Shown here: positions 11,588-23,614 of the stretch, in pieces | Position numbering within the stretch: the first letter of the stretch is position 1 | How the letters are laid out: each line of letters opens with the position of its first letter | DNA from: Mobula birostris | Lineage: Eukaryota | Assembly: GCF_030028105.1 (NCBI RefSeq) | Contig: NC_092381.1 | Coordinates: 46,663,474-46,727,473, forward strand | Length of the DNA stretch: 64,000 nucleotides | Direction of reading: 5' to 3' | Translations under genes and position numbers: made by a program | The notes under the pieces: model-generated | Told to the model about the DNA's origin: nothing | The model's database searches: none | Seen by the model: only the letters and a program-made list of their open reading frames with translations

Positions 11588-13312
11588 AGAGATAAAGGTG
11601 GGAAGATGTGCCTGGAGGCTGTGGAAGTGAGCGAGGTCCTCAATGAATACTTCTCTTCTGTACTCACCAATGAGAGGGAACTTGATGGTGAGGACAATAT
11701 GAGTGAGGTTGATGTTCTGGAGCATATTGATATTAAGGGAGAAGATGTGTTGGAGTTGTTAAAATACATTAGGACGGATAAGTCCCCGGGGTCTGACGGA
11801 ATATTCCCCAGGCTGCTCCACGAGGTGAGGGAAGAGATTGCTGAGCCTCTGGCTAGGATCTTTATGTTCTCATTGTCCATGGGAATGGTACCGGAGGATT
11901 GGAGGGAGGTGAATGTTGTCCCCTTGTTCAAAAAAGGTAGTAAGGATAGTCCGGGTAATTATAGACCAGTGAGCCTTGCGTCTGTCGTGGGAAAGCTGTT
12001 GGAAAAGATTCTTAGAGATAGGATCTCTGGACATTTAGAGAATCATGGTCTGATCAGGGACAGTCAGCATGGCTTTGTGAAGGGCAGATTGTGTCTAACA
12101 AGCCTGATAGAATTCTTTGAGGAGGTGACCAGGCATATAGATGAGGGTAGTGCAGTGGATGTGATCTATATGGATTTTAGTAAGGCATTTGACAAGGTTC
12201 CACACGGTAGGCTTATTCAAAAAGTCAGAAGGCATGGGATCCAGGGAAGTTTGGCCAGGTGGATTCAGAATTGGCTTGCCTGCAGAAGGCAGAGGGTGGT
12301 GGTGGAGGGAGTACATTCAGATTGGAGGATTGTGACTAGTGGTGTCCCACAAGGATCAGTTCTGGGACCTCTACTTTTCATGATTTTTATTAACGATCTG
12401 GATGTCGGGGTAGAAGGGTGGGTTGGCAAGTTTGCAGATGACACAAAGGTTGGTGGTGTTGTAGATAGTGTAGAGGATTGTCAAAGATTGCAGAGAGACA
12501 TTGATAGGATGCAGAAGTGGACTGAGAAGTGGCAGATGGAGTTCAACCTGGAGAAGTGTGAGGTGGTGCACTTTAGAAGGACAAACTCCAAGGCAGAGTA
12601 CAACGTAAATGGTAGGATACTTGGTAGTGTGGAGGAGCAGAGGGATCTCGGGGTACATGTCCACAGATCCCTGAAAGTTGCCTCACAGGTGGATAGGGTA
12701 GTTAAGAAAGCTTATGGGGTGTTAGCTTTCATAAGTCGAGGGATAGAGTTTAAGAGTCGCGATGTAATGCTGCAGCTCTATAAAACTCTGGTTAGGCCAC
12801 ACTTGGAGTACTGTGTCCAGTTCTGGTCGCCTCACTATAGGAAGGATGTGGAAGCATTGGAAAGGGTACAGAGGAGATTTACCAGGATGCTGCCTGGTTT
12901 AGAGAGTATGCATTATGATCAGAGATTAAGGGAGCTAGGGCTTTACTCTTTGGAGAGAAGGAGGATGAGAGGAGGCATGATAGAGGTGTACAAGATACTA
13001 AGAGGAATAGATAGAGTGGATAGCCAGCGCCTCTTCCCCAGGGCACCACTGCTGAATACATGAGGACATGGCTTTAAGGTAAGGGGTGGGAAGTTCAAGG
13101 GGGATATTAGAGGAAGGTTTTTTACTCAGAGAGTGGTTGGTGCGTGGAATGCACTGCCTGAGTCAGTGGTGGAGGCAGATACACTAGTGAAGTTTAAGAG
13201 ACTACTGGACATGTATATGGAGGAATTTAAGGTGGGGGCTTATGTGGGAGGCAGGGTTTGAGGGTCAGCACAACATTGTGGACCGAAGGGCTGTACTGTT
13301 CTATGTTCTATG
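11588..13312 (+). mobile_element. Young 5'-truncated CR1 (HER1-like) LINE with an open RT domain
   Basis: Uninterrupted 485-aa ORF 11606-13063 with [28 protein letters not shown] and FADD; premature TGA near the C-terminus; TTCTATG tail. Confidence 0.95.
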
Positions 13313-13739
13313 AAAACATCTTTACCAACAGAAGCAGCCTACCCCTTTGCCTACCTGCCTGTCCTTTAGATACTAAATTTCCAATTATGTACTTCTTTCA
13401 GCCACGACTCAGTGATGCCCACAACATCAAACTTGCCAGTTTCTAACCGGGCCACAAGTTCAGAAATTGCTGCATTGTGATCCTGACTGCTTTGGAGATA
13501 AAGATATTTTGTAGGGCACAGAGCTGAAATTTAATTCTATGAAATTTGCTCATAGCTATCTGTATAATACATATCTACCTTTGTCTTAGAGGAAAAGCAA
13601 TTTGATTTAACTTTTTCTGTACAGCAGACATATAACTTCATGTTAAATCTCAATGTTGCAACTGAGTTGCTGGCTAAAATTGAATCTGACGGCAACTTAT
13701 GTGTATGGAAATGATTTTCCAAAGGGCGACTATCAGGAT

Positions 13740-13885
13740 GATTTTGGGAGGCGTCCTGCACCTACATTTGGCATCAGGGGGACGTTCCGAATTCTAGCCG
13801 GATGTTCCTGGTCGTCGGGTGCGTCAGTTCCGGTAGGTCCCCGGCTGCCGGCTTCATTCAGTTTGCTCGGAAGGTCGGATGAATC
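13740..13885 (+). promoter_or_regulatory. TXNDC12: TXNDC12 CpG-rich promoter / 5' UTR
   Basis: Local CpG enrichment directly upstream of the start codon; TGCGTCA (CRE half-site) and TTCCGG (ETS) near 13820-13833. Confidence 0.6.
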
Positions 13886-13970
13886 ATGAAGCTTCGGGAG
13901 GCCTTGCTTGCCGTGTTTTGCAGCGGTCTGATCTGCTCCCACGCATCTGAGGGTGGAAGTCTAGGAAGAG
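13886..13970 (+). CDS. TXNDC12: TXNDC12 coding exon 1 (signal peptide MKLREALLAVFCSGLICSHASEGGSLGR)
   Basis: ATG with A at -3; hydrophobic leader; LGR-G matches human LGK-G; donor G|GTTTGT with phase 1 fitting exon 2. Confidence 0.85.
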
Positions 13971-14434
13971 GTTTGTCAGTATTTTTAAGATAAGAAATCA
14001 TTAATGGCCTCGTTCTGTTGCAAAACCCGATCACTCATTGTGTGGCTAAGAATGACAAGTTTCCTATAGTTACGTAAGTTATTATGTTAGATGGGATGCT
14101 CAGATGCTAATGTAGGGTGAATGTCATTTTTGTTTTCGACCCAGTAATCCATTTGGAAAAATAGAAGGGAGAACAAGTAATAGTTCTTGCACATCCATGA
14201 AAGGAAATCGTTGATTTATTCTCCATTTTGTTCTAGTATTTCATTCCCTGCAGAATACGAGGTTCTACAGAATCCATCCTTAAAAGTCCATGCCGATAAT
14301 TATCGATTAATTTAAGATGGCCCTTTCGTATTTAACAACAAGTGATTAAGATTCGCAATACATATTGTTTGGATATGAGAATTTGACTTGGTGTGGTATA
14401 ACTTATTGAAACTGGGAATTTAACTATTTTTCAG

Positions 14435-14495
14435 GATTTGGAGATCATATTCACTGGACTACACTTGATGATGGTAAAAAAGTAGCCGAAGCCAG
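14435..14495 (+). CDS. TXNDC12: TXNDC12 exon 2 ([21 protein letters not shown])
   Basis: tttttcAG acceptor, GT donor, strong match to human [21 protein letters not shown]. Confidence 0.97.
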
Positions 14496-15869
14496 GTATA
14501 CAGAACTTCCTCTTCCTGTTCTGGCGTGGAGTTTTATACAAATTATGCAAATCTGAATGTACTGTGTTCATACTAAAACACTATTGTTGGCAGCAGTTGA
14601 ATCGTCAGAGCTTAGAAAAAAATACGCCTCCAAACTTGGATTGGCGTATTGGGCCGTTCATTTTCAGCATTTATACATCGTGTATGTTTGATTTAGGACA
14701 AGTGGGTATGCTTTTAATAATATGGCTTAGTTCAAATAATAATGTAGTGAAATGGAAATCATCTATATTTTGTATACTTGTGAAAGTAACTTTTACTACA
14801 GCTATGCAGATTACAGATGTTTGTATTTTGCGGTTACTTCACCACAAGGTGTCAGTACTTAATTTAGAAAAGGAAATATTCATTGTGTTTTTTTGCAGTG
14901 GGCTAAACTTTAAAAATACTAGAGATAAACAGTATAGATTGCTAATTATGCACAGCAACTTCAAGGAAATAACAGAATGACTTTTGAAAATCCATAAATT
15001 ACTTTCTAAAATGGTCTGCTGTGTTGCAAGGTGGATAAAAACTGCATTTTACATTGTCGACATGGCTCCAACGGTCAACACTGTTTCCATTGTTTGTATT
15101 CTATTGATGAAGCAAATGTATTTTAATCTGACTATTGAGGTGGAAATTCCAAGTTGAGTCTGAGCTTTTTGCAGTCAAAGAACTATTTTGTGAAATATTT
15201 CCTATTGAAATGCTGATTTTTTTGTTTGATTTGCATTTGGCAACTGTATTTATGAGCGTAGTTGTAAATGCAAGTAGACCCCATTGTATCCTTTCAGTAT
15301 AATCCCAAATTCCTAACTGGAGAATTTCCTGAGAATTGGTCAGAATCATTTTTCATATGAGTTAAAATTAGAAAAGTGCACAACTGAATCCAAACTCTTT
15401 ATTGCAAAATATGCACGCATGAACAATAAGCAGAATTCCGAGGAGATTTTGCCTTCCATATCTCCTTGGTAAGCCAATAGCAGTGACTTGGGGGTTAGCG
15501 GGATGATGCCTTTGGGCTTCATGGGTGCTTTGATGGTTTTAATCTTTGGGCCCATCTGTTGAGATGTCAAATGGTATGTTTTCACATTCAGAGTCAGACG
15601 CAGATCCAGTGCTGTTGTGTTGCACTTTATGGCCTTTCAGCTCTGTACATTCGCATTTGACCTTTTTTTATTTAAAAAAAACAAAACTAATTGTAAATAT
15701 AATTAGCAGTAAGACTGTGAAAGACGTGATACCAGCAGAATGCAGTAAATATTATTTGGATTGTTTAATTTTATAATTTGCTTTCTGCAGTCAATTGCCT
15801 TGATTTGGCATTTTAGTGATACACTGAGTGGACTATTGATTAAGGAGTTTTTCATGTGTCTTATTTCCC

Positions 15870-16277
15870 TCCAAGAGGACTGTAACCATGTTGTGGTTTG
15901 GAGGCTTGCATTCCTCAATGATCTGGAGAGCTATTTTGGCTGGAGTCAGGGCTTTATACTTTGGCTCTTGGTTGAGTCGCCCATGCCAAAAGGGTCTAAG
16001 GGTAGAAGACGGACTAAGTGTGGTCCTCTGGTCCTTCAGGTTCAGGGATTCATCTCGGGGCTAACAACCCTGACCGATAAGACAAAACTGTTATGGAAAC
16101 AGCGAAGAAGAATCCTACATCTGAGTGAGATGGTATTTCTGGGACTCCACCCAGGACTGACAGTAGTGAAAACTGAGGAAGCTATTGGCACAGTGAAGGA
16201 TACCCTGAACACTGCCGGAGATGGTGGATCTTCATTGCTGCCCTAAATGCCAGCGGTAATGGGCAGTTAGTAAGTAA
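15870..16277 (+). mobile_element. Non-autonomous RTE-derived short element in TXNDC12 intron 2
   Basis: RTE-like 5' UTR segment (...GGGCTAACAACCCTGAC) joined to an RTE-like 3' end (TTCATTGCTGCCCTAAATGCC...TAAGTAA); recognised by pattern only. Confidence 0.55.
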
Positions 16278-16762
16278 TGTGTCCTTCCTGGCAAAGCTAG
16301 GTTGCAGTTGAATTGTGCAATGTTTTGGTTTGATTTTGGCTGCTCTGAGTTAGTTGGTTTTAGCACGTTTGCAATAGAAGTGATACTTCGGTTTCTCTGA
16401 CCTGGTTTGCTATTTGTAATCATTGTCTTGAGGCCCTTAAAGCAGCCGTGGTATGTCAGTGCCTGAGGTTCCCTGGGTATTGGTGGGATAGCTTGCAAAT
16501 TCTCACTGTCCAGATTGGCATGAAGATTAGTGGCTGATATTTCCATGAAACTCCATTTGAGACAGGGAAATGGAGGAAGAAGAAATGGGAAATAGCCATT
16601 GTGAAATTTGTGCATATTATTTATTTGCCCAATAATATTGGTTCGGTTTTGGGGAGCAAGATTTAAAATGTCTTATGATTTGGTGTGAACATTCAGAGAT
16701 CATTAAGATGAGTAACCTGTATATTATTTACTGATAAAGATTTTTCTTTGTTCTCTTTTTAG

Positions 16763-16815
16763 TGGTCTGCCACTGATGTTGATCATACATAAAAGCTGGT
16801 GTGGTGCTTGTACAG
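16763..16815 (+). CDS. TXNDC12: TXNDC12 exon 3 (GLPLMLIIHKSWCGACT), thioredoxin CGAC active site
   Basis: AG/GT boundaries, consistent phase, WCGAC motif. Confidence 0.98.
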
Positions 16816-16957
16816 GTAGATTCATAATTTGGATTCTTCTAAAAATTTAAATTCTAATAATTTAAAAATTATTGATCTTAACTATTTTCTATACCACATC
16901 ATCATGAAAATGTTCTACTTAAACATTTCTTTTTGTGAATTATACTATTACTTCTAG

Positions 16958-17031
16958 CTCTGAAACCAAAGTTTGCCTCTTCTCAGGAGATCTCAGAACT
17001 GGCACATAACTTTGTCATGGTGAATGTAGAG
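16958..17031 (+). CDS. TXNDC12: TXNDC12 exon 4 ([25 protein letters not shown])
   Basis: ttctAG acceptor, GTAAGA donor, homology. Confidence 0.98.
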
Positions 17032-17220
17032 GTAAGAGGATCCATGTTTTAGCTCTTCTCCAGATTTGATGATCAAGCCTATTCCATGCCCTTGTGATGC
17101 TCAGACAACGGGCTTTGATGTCCTTTGCCAAACCCTAATGGGTATTGTCCTGGGAGAGATAAAAATGAAAGTTATTTTAAATCTAAGGTGAGGGAGGAAA
17201 AATAGGGTTAATTAACATTT

Positions 17221-17845
17221 GCAAACAAGAGAAAGTCTGCAGATGTTGGAAATCTGAGCAACACACACAAAATGCTGGAGGAGCTCAGCAGGCCAGACAG
17301 CATCTATGGAAAAGAGCACAGTTGTCGTTTTGGGCTGCGACCCTTCAGCAGGACTGGAGAAAAAAAAGATGAGTAGAGATGAAAGGTGGGGGGAGGGGAG
17401 GCAGAGGCACAGGGTGATAGGTGTTACTGGGAGGGGCAGGGGTAAAGAAAAGAACTGGTGGGAAGTTGATTGGTGAAAGAGACCAGGGTTGGAGAGGGGG
17501 GAATCTAACAGAAGGCCCTGGAAAAAAGAAAAGGGGGAGCAGTGCCAGAGATGGGCAGGCAAGGAGATAAGGTGAGAGAGGGAAGAGGAGATGGGAAATG
17601 ATGAGGGGTGGGGGCATTACCGGAAGTTTGAGAAATTGATGTTCATACCATTAGGTTGGAGGTTACCCAGATGAACTATAAGGTGGTGTTCCTCCAACCT
17701 GAGTGTGGCCTTAGAGGAGGCCATGGACTGACATATGGGAATGGGAAGTGGAATTAAAATGGGTGGCCACTGGGCGATCCTGCTTTTTCTGGCAGATGAA
17801 GCAAGAGTGCTCAGCGAAGCGGTCTCCCAATCTATGTCGGGATCA
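17221..17845 (-). mobile_element. Penelope-like element 3' part
   Basis: Reverse-complement similarity to 41100-41760; a further + tail fragment at about 18045-18137. Confidence 0.8.
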
Positions 17846-18369
17846 AATTATCATTTGGTCAAATTGGACAATTGAAGCAAGTTCATGAGACCATTTTTAT
17901 ATTTCCTGTTATTAGACATGTTGTAAGGTATGAAATCCCCCTGATCCGTCTGTCCAGCAAATGCTGCAATTCTGTTCTGAAGGTGTGCAAAGACTTGTGA
18001 TTTATAGGTTAACACTAGTCTGGGAAAAGAACTGCCAAATAAAGTCTGTTTATTCCCCTCCATAGATGCTGTCTGACTTAATGAGTTCCTCCAGCATTTT
18101 GTGTGTGTTGCTAATGATTTCCAGCCTTTGCAGAATCTTTGGCTTAAGTCTAGCTTGACTCTTTCCTATTTTATATGCATCACCCTGATTTCCCCTTCAA
18201 TGAGTCATTTGGAGTCGGCAGAATAATATCCCTTGAAAATATCTTGTAAGTAGCTCATATCCAAAGTCAATGTCCCTGACTATGTAAGTGGATCTGAATA
18301 ACAAAAGTTGTTCTTGAGCAGAATGCGCCCCCCCCCCCCAATGTTTCTAACTGGATGCATTGTTCTTAA

Positions 18370-21020
18370 TGTTAGAATGTAGAGCAGTAAGCCACAGGAA
18401 CAGAACCTTCGGTTTATGATCTCTGGACAAGTGTGATGGCAAATTAAGTTAAATCTTTTCTGCCTGTATGTGATGCATGTCCATCCATTTCCTGTGTGAT
18501 CACATGTCTATGTAAAAATCTCTAAAATAAGACTGTCATACCTGCTTCCACCACTACCCCGGCAACCTATTCCAGTCACACCTATTGCCCCGCACATCTC
18601 CTTTAAATTTCTTCCCCTGCCCCTTAAATGTATGTCCTTTAGTATTTGACCATTCTACCTTGGAAGAAATGTTGTGTCTGCACTAATGTTAGAGCATAGA
18701 ACAATACGGAACATTACAGGCCCTTTGGCCCACTTTGTTGTGTCAACTTTTTAACCTCCATGATCAAGCTTGCCCTTCCCTCCCACCCAGCCCCCCCATT
18801 TTATTTCATCTGTGTGCTTATCTAAGAGTCTCTTTAATAAGACTAATGTATCTGCCTACCACCAATCCAGCCGTGTATTCCATCCAACAACCACTCGGTG
18901 TTTCTTCAAAAAAAAACACTACCTCTGACGTCTCTCCTATACTTTCCTCCAATCACCTTAAAAATATGTCCTGTCATATTAGTCATTGTTGGCCTGGGAC
19001 AAAAGCATTTGTTGTCCACTCTACTTTTGCCTCTTACCATATACACTCGTATCAAGACGACTCCTCTGTTCCAAGAGAAAAGCCCTAACAAGCTCAACGT
19101 TATGGGACATGCTCTCTAATCCAGGCAGCATCCTGGCAAATATCTTCTCTTAAAACTTCCACATCCTTCCTATAATGAGGAGACCAAAACTGAGCGCAAT
19201 ACTCCAAATGTGGTTTGACCAGAGTTTTATGGAGTTGTAACATTACCTCGCAGATCTTGAACTAAGTCCCCCGACGAATGAAGATCAACACACATATGCC
19301 GCCTTAAACATGCTAATAACGTGTGCCAACTTTGAAAGATCTATGGACATGGATCCCAAGATCCCGTTGTTCATTCACACGGTTAAAAATCTTTGCTATT
19401 GGCCTATACTCTGCTTCAAGTTCAACCTTCCAAAGTGAATCATTTCTCACAGTTCTGGGAACTTTATCTCCCACTTCTTGGCCCAGCTCTGCATCCTGTC
19501 AATGTCCCTTTATAACCCAAGATAACCTTCTACCCTATTCATAACACCAACCTTTTTATCATCATAAAAGCTACTAACCCTCCTTTCCACTTCGTCATTC
19601 AAGTCATTTATGAAAATCGCAATGAGCAGTGGTCCCAGTACAGATCCCTGTGGAGCACCATGAGCCATGCATCTCCAGGCAGTGTATGTCCCATCTGCTG
19701 CCACCTTTTGTGGCAAGCCAATTCTGAATCCATGCAGCCATTTTTCCCTGGATTCCATGCCTCCTGACTTTTGAATAAGCTGCCATAGGGAACATTATTG
19801 AACTCCTTACTGAAATCCATATTCACCACATCCACTTAGTCATTTCCTCAAAGAAAAGAGTCAATCAGGCTCATGAAGCATGACCTGCCCCTCACAAAGC
19901 CACACTGACAATCCCAAATCAGACTATGCTTCTCCAAATACTGGTACATCCTGCCTTTAAAAATTGTTTCCAGTAGTCTGCCACCTCTGATATAAGACTC
20001 ACAGGTCTATAATTCCCAAGATTGTCCTCTAACCCTTTTTATTGAACAAAGGAATAACTTTGTTCTGGCACTACTCCTGTGGTCAGTGAGGACACAAAGA
20101 TCACCAGTGGCTGCAATCACTTCCCTTGCTTCCCATAATAACCTGGGGTATATCCCCCTCCAATGACATATCTGTCCTAATGTTTTTCAAAAGTATTAAC
20201 AAATCCTTTTTTCAACCCCCACATGTTCCAACTCATTAGCTTGTTCTACGCTGACCTCACATTCATCAAGGTCCTGCTCACTGATGAATACTGAAACAAA
20301 GTATTCATTAAGAACTCCAACCTCCTCGGACTTTGTCCTTTTTCCCTGATTGGTCCTACCCCTATTCTTCACATATGTGTAGAATGCCTTAATGTTTTCT
20401 TTGCCAAGGCCTTCACATGTACCCTTCTAGCTCTCCAATTCTCTTCTTAAGTCCCCTCCTTCTGGCCACTTGTAATTCTCTGGAGCCCTGTCAGGTCTTT
20501 GCTTCCTGAATCTTAAGTTTTCTTTTTCTCTTCCTCTTGACTAAATGTTCTACTTCACTTGTTAACTCTGGTTGCTTCACCCTACCATCCTTTCCCTGCC
20601 TCAACTGGGCAAACTTGTTCAGAACGCCACATAAGTGCTGCCAAAACAACCTGCACATTCCTGAGAACAGCTGTTCCCAATTTGTGCTCCCAAATATTTA
20701 TTTATTGAGATACAGCATGGATAGGCCTTCTGGCCTTTTGAGCCGTGCTGCCCAGCAATCTCCCAATTTAATCCTAGCCTAATCACAGGACAGTTTACAA
20801 TGACCAATTAACCTACGAAATGGTACATCTTTAAACTGTGCGATGAAACTGGAGCACCCAGAGGACACCCACGCAGTCACGGGGAGAATATACAAGCTGC
20901 TTGTAAGCGCTGGTGGGAATTGAACCTGGGACATCGGTACTGTAAAGCACTGTGCTACTGTGCTGCCCCAAATATCTGCCTAATAGCATCGTTGTCAGCC
21001 CTTTCCCAATTAAATACTTT
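18370..21020 (-). mobile_element. Degenerate CR1 LINE fragments
   Basis: [10 protein letters not shown] and MDFSK motifs on minus; two CR1 3' tails at about 18370 and 18690. Confidence 0.8.
20698..20966 (-). mobile_element. HE1/V-SINE-like element
   Basis: V-domain-like GGGTGTCCTCTGGGTGCTCCAGTTTC on minus; 9-bp TSD CCCAAATAT (20689-20697 / 20967-20975). Confidence 0.8.
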
Positions 21021-21106
21021 TCCTTCTGTCGTCTAAGTCATACAGAAGGATAGCATGATGCGGTTTATTGAATTTTATTTGAGTATTTCTCCCATTGCTT
21101 TTGTAG

Positions 21107-21176
21107 GATGACGAGGAGCCAAAGGATTTGGCATTTAGCCCAGATGGAGGTTATGTACCTAGGATTTTATTCTTGG
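21107..21176 (+). CDS. TXNDC12: TXNDC12 exon 5 (DDEEPKDLAFSPDGGYVPRILFL)
   Basis: tgtAG acceptor, GTAAG donor, SPDGGYxPRILFL family motif. Confidence 0.98.
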
Positions 21177-21445
21177 GTAAGAACTAAGTTCCTGACATGT
21201 TACCTCACTGGTTAGCACTGCTGAATTGGTGCCATCTGTGAGATTACCAAATCAACCCATTCTGAACATTGTAAAACTGGTCTCTGCTTTAAGTAAAGCC
21301 TACAATTTGCAAATTAATGCCACAATTTTGTCCCACCAACTTTTTGTTTTTCTACTGAAAGGAGCTGCTTTTAACTATTTAAAGAGTAGACAATTCTGGC
21401 AGATGATATTTGTTTCTTAAATCGTACCTCTTCAATTGTATAGTA

Positions 21446-22262
21446 CAGGCCCACAATCCCTTATCTGAAATCCTTGGGGCCAGTTGCATTTCGGAATTCA
21501 GATTTCAGACCCCCCGCCCCCCCCACCATCAATACCAAAAAACATACATGCTCAAGTCCCTTATTTAACCTGTCTCTGTGCGGTGGACTTTAGGACNNNN
21601 NNNNNNNNNNNNNNNNNNNNNNNNNNNNNNNNNNNNNNNNNNNNNNNNNNNNNNNNNNNNNNNNNNNNNNNNNNNNNNNNNNNNNNNNNNNNNNNNNNNN
21701 NNNNNNNNNNNNNNNNNNNNNNNNNNNNNNNNNNNNNNAAAACATTCAATGAAACATATAAATATACGGCTTCAAATGAACTGAATCAAACACATGGTAA
21801 ATGACTTATTGGAATAAATGTAGAACGTCACAGTCACTGTAAAACTTTGGTAACTTGTCTTTCTGTTTATTTAAATCATATACAGTGGTAGTTCCGACAC
21901 TATTTTCTTTAGTAAGACGCTGCACAGACATGCCACGATCAAGCTTCTGCAATAACTCCACTTTCTGCATTATTGATAGAGAAGATTCCTTCTCTTTTTC
22001 TCATTGTTACCCATAGGGGTATCTGCAGCTCTTTTTGACATTTCCACAGTGAAATTAAACACAAAGTCAACAGTGAACACAAAATATCAGCGAACAGCAA
22101 ATGCACGTGTAACCAGTACGAGCGCTGAGCCACAACTGACGTCTGGCGGCATCTGCTAGTGCTGCCACGTCATACCCGAGTGACGTCAGCTGTCGGCGAA
22201 AAATACTTAGGTTTTTGGAACTTTTTGGATTTCAGAATTTCAGATAAAGGAATGTGCACCTG
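21446..22262. mobile_element. Tigger/pogo-type MITE spanning the assembly gap
   Basis: TA|CAGGCCCACAATCCCTTATCTGAAAT ... ATTTCAGATAAAGGAATGTGCACCTG|TA: inverted ends with TA TSD. Confidence 0.75.
21597..21738. other. Assembly gap (142 N)
   Basis: Run of n. Confidence 1.
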
Positions 22263-22481
22263 TATTAGTTATTTGCTGATCTATGAAGTGCTTCTTTCTG
22301 AAACTTAATCGATTTCTTTCTTCATGTGTTTCAGAAAGGTTTGTTTGGCTGATAGTTATGAGTGAATTGCTAAAGTAATGAAATACAATTTAAGAAATTA
22401 TCTGCTAGTTGACCTATTGATAGATCAATTAATCATGAATTTCTCTTCTATTTATTCCATTTGTTGTTGGTTACTTTGCAG

Positions 22482-22565
22482 ATGCTCGAGGTAATGTTCA
22501 TCCTGAGGTCATTAATCAACAGGGAAATCCCAAATACAAGTATTTCTACAGTTCTGCTGACCAAG
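22482..22565 (+). CDS. TXNDC12: TXNDC12 exon 6 (DARGNVHPEVINQQGNPKYKYFYSSADQ)
   Basis: ttgcAG acceptor, GTGAGT donor, homology. Confidence 0.98.
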
Positions 22566-22711
22566 GTGAGTGTGTTTCTTTATCAAATACTTGTACTTTT
22601 GATGCCCATCCAATCTTAGTTCTTTTGTCATTGTACAGTTTATTAGGCTGGAATGTACACTTAGCTTTTGCTTTAGATAACCATATGTTAGGGGATAGAA
22701 GAGAGATGCAC

Positions 22712-22935
22712 ACTGCCGGTAAGGAGTTTGTATATTCTCCTTGTGACCACGTGGGTTTCCACTGGGTGCTCTGGTTTCCTCCCACAGTCCAAAGACGTAC
22801 CGGTTGATTTGTCCTTGAAGATTGTCCTGTAATTAGGCTAGAGTTAGATCAGGGGATTGCTGGGCAGTGCAACTTAAAGGGCTGGAAGGGCCTCGTCGGT
22901 GCTGCCTGTCAATCAATCAATCAATACATAAATAA
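22712..22935 (+). mobile_element. HE1/V-SINE-like element
   Basis: GGGTTTCCACTGGGTGCTCTGGTTTCCTCCCACAGTCCAAAGACG core; ATCA-repeat tail. Confidence 0.75.
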
Positions 22936-23614
22936 TGAAACAACTTGAATGCTTTGTCTCACTAATCAGAATTTGAGTGAATGAATACGATCTTTATTTG
23001 GTGTTTATTCTTGTTTTTTAATCTGGGAATTGAGAGGCCTAAGCCATTGAGAACACCCTTTCCCTTAATTCAAATATAATTTTCTGGTGTGTGTATAAAA
23101 TAAAATCAATAATTTTATCAAGCATTCCATTAGCCAAAACATGTACAAATGCTGTCATTTGATGCAGTGATTTTCTGGAATGAAATTAATGCCTTTGTAA
23201 AAGTGGTGATTGTTTTTTGTAATTGTGTCCATGGAAATAGAATTACTTTGGTTATGTCATTGGCCAGTGAGGGGTTTCTGCATTTTTTTTATTGCTATTC
23301 TATGATTGTTTTGGGGGAGGCACAGTTCATTTAAATAATCAAAAACTGGACACGTTTTCTTAGTTGGAACTGCCTAATTAAAGTTCAGCACTAATACACA
23401 ATATGTTCTGAGTTCCAGAATGAATTGTATGAATAAAAAGTAATTGCTGAATGCTTTTCCAATGGTTTGGAGGGAAAATTAGTTTGCCACTCACATTTCA
23501 CATTGTGGATGTCACCTCTGGATCAAGAGGAGCTGATTTGCGTAAATTACTGATCGACTCATACTGTCAACTACCATTGTTAATTGTCTTCTGAATCAGC
23601 TGACATCTCTTAAG

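Larger units (their letters stand above)
9035..13460 (-). mobile_element. Older CR1 LINE, interrupted by insertions at 10804-10977 and 11588-13312
   Basis: Minus-strand motifs NLLEFFEEIT, VYLDLQKAFDKVP, KSPGP.GIHPR and LGDSDHN; homology resumes at about 13313. Confidence 0.85.

Noticed and set aside
14564-16615. Intronic ORFs of 70-160 aa
   Set aside because: No recognisable homology; AT-rich or TE-derived chance frames.
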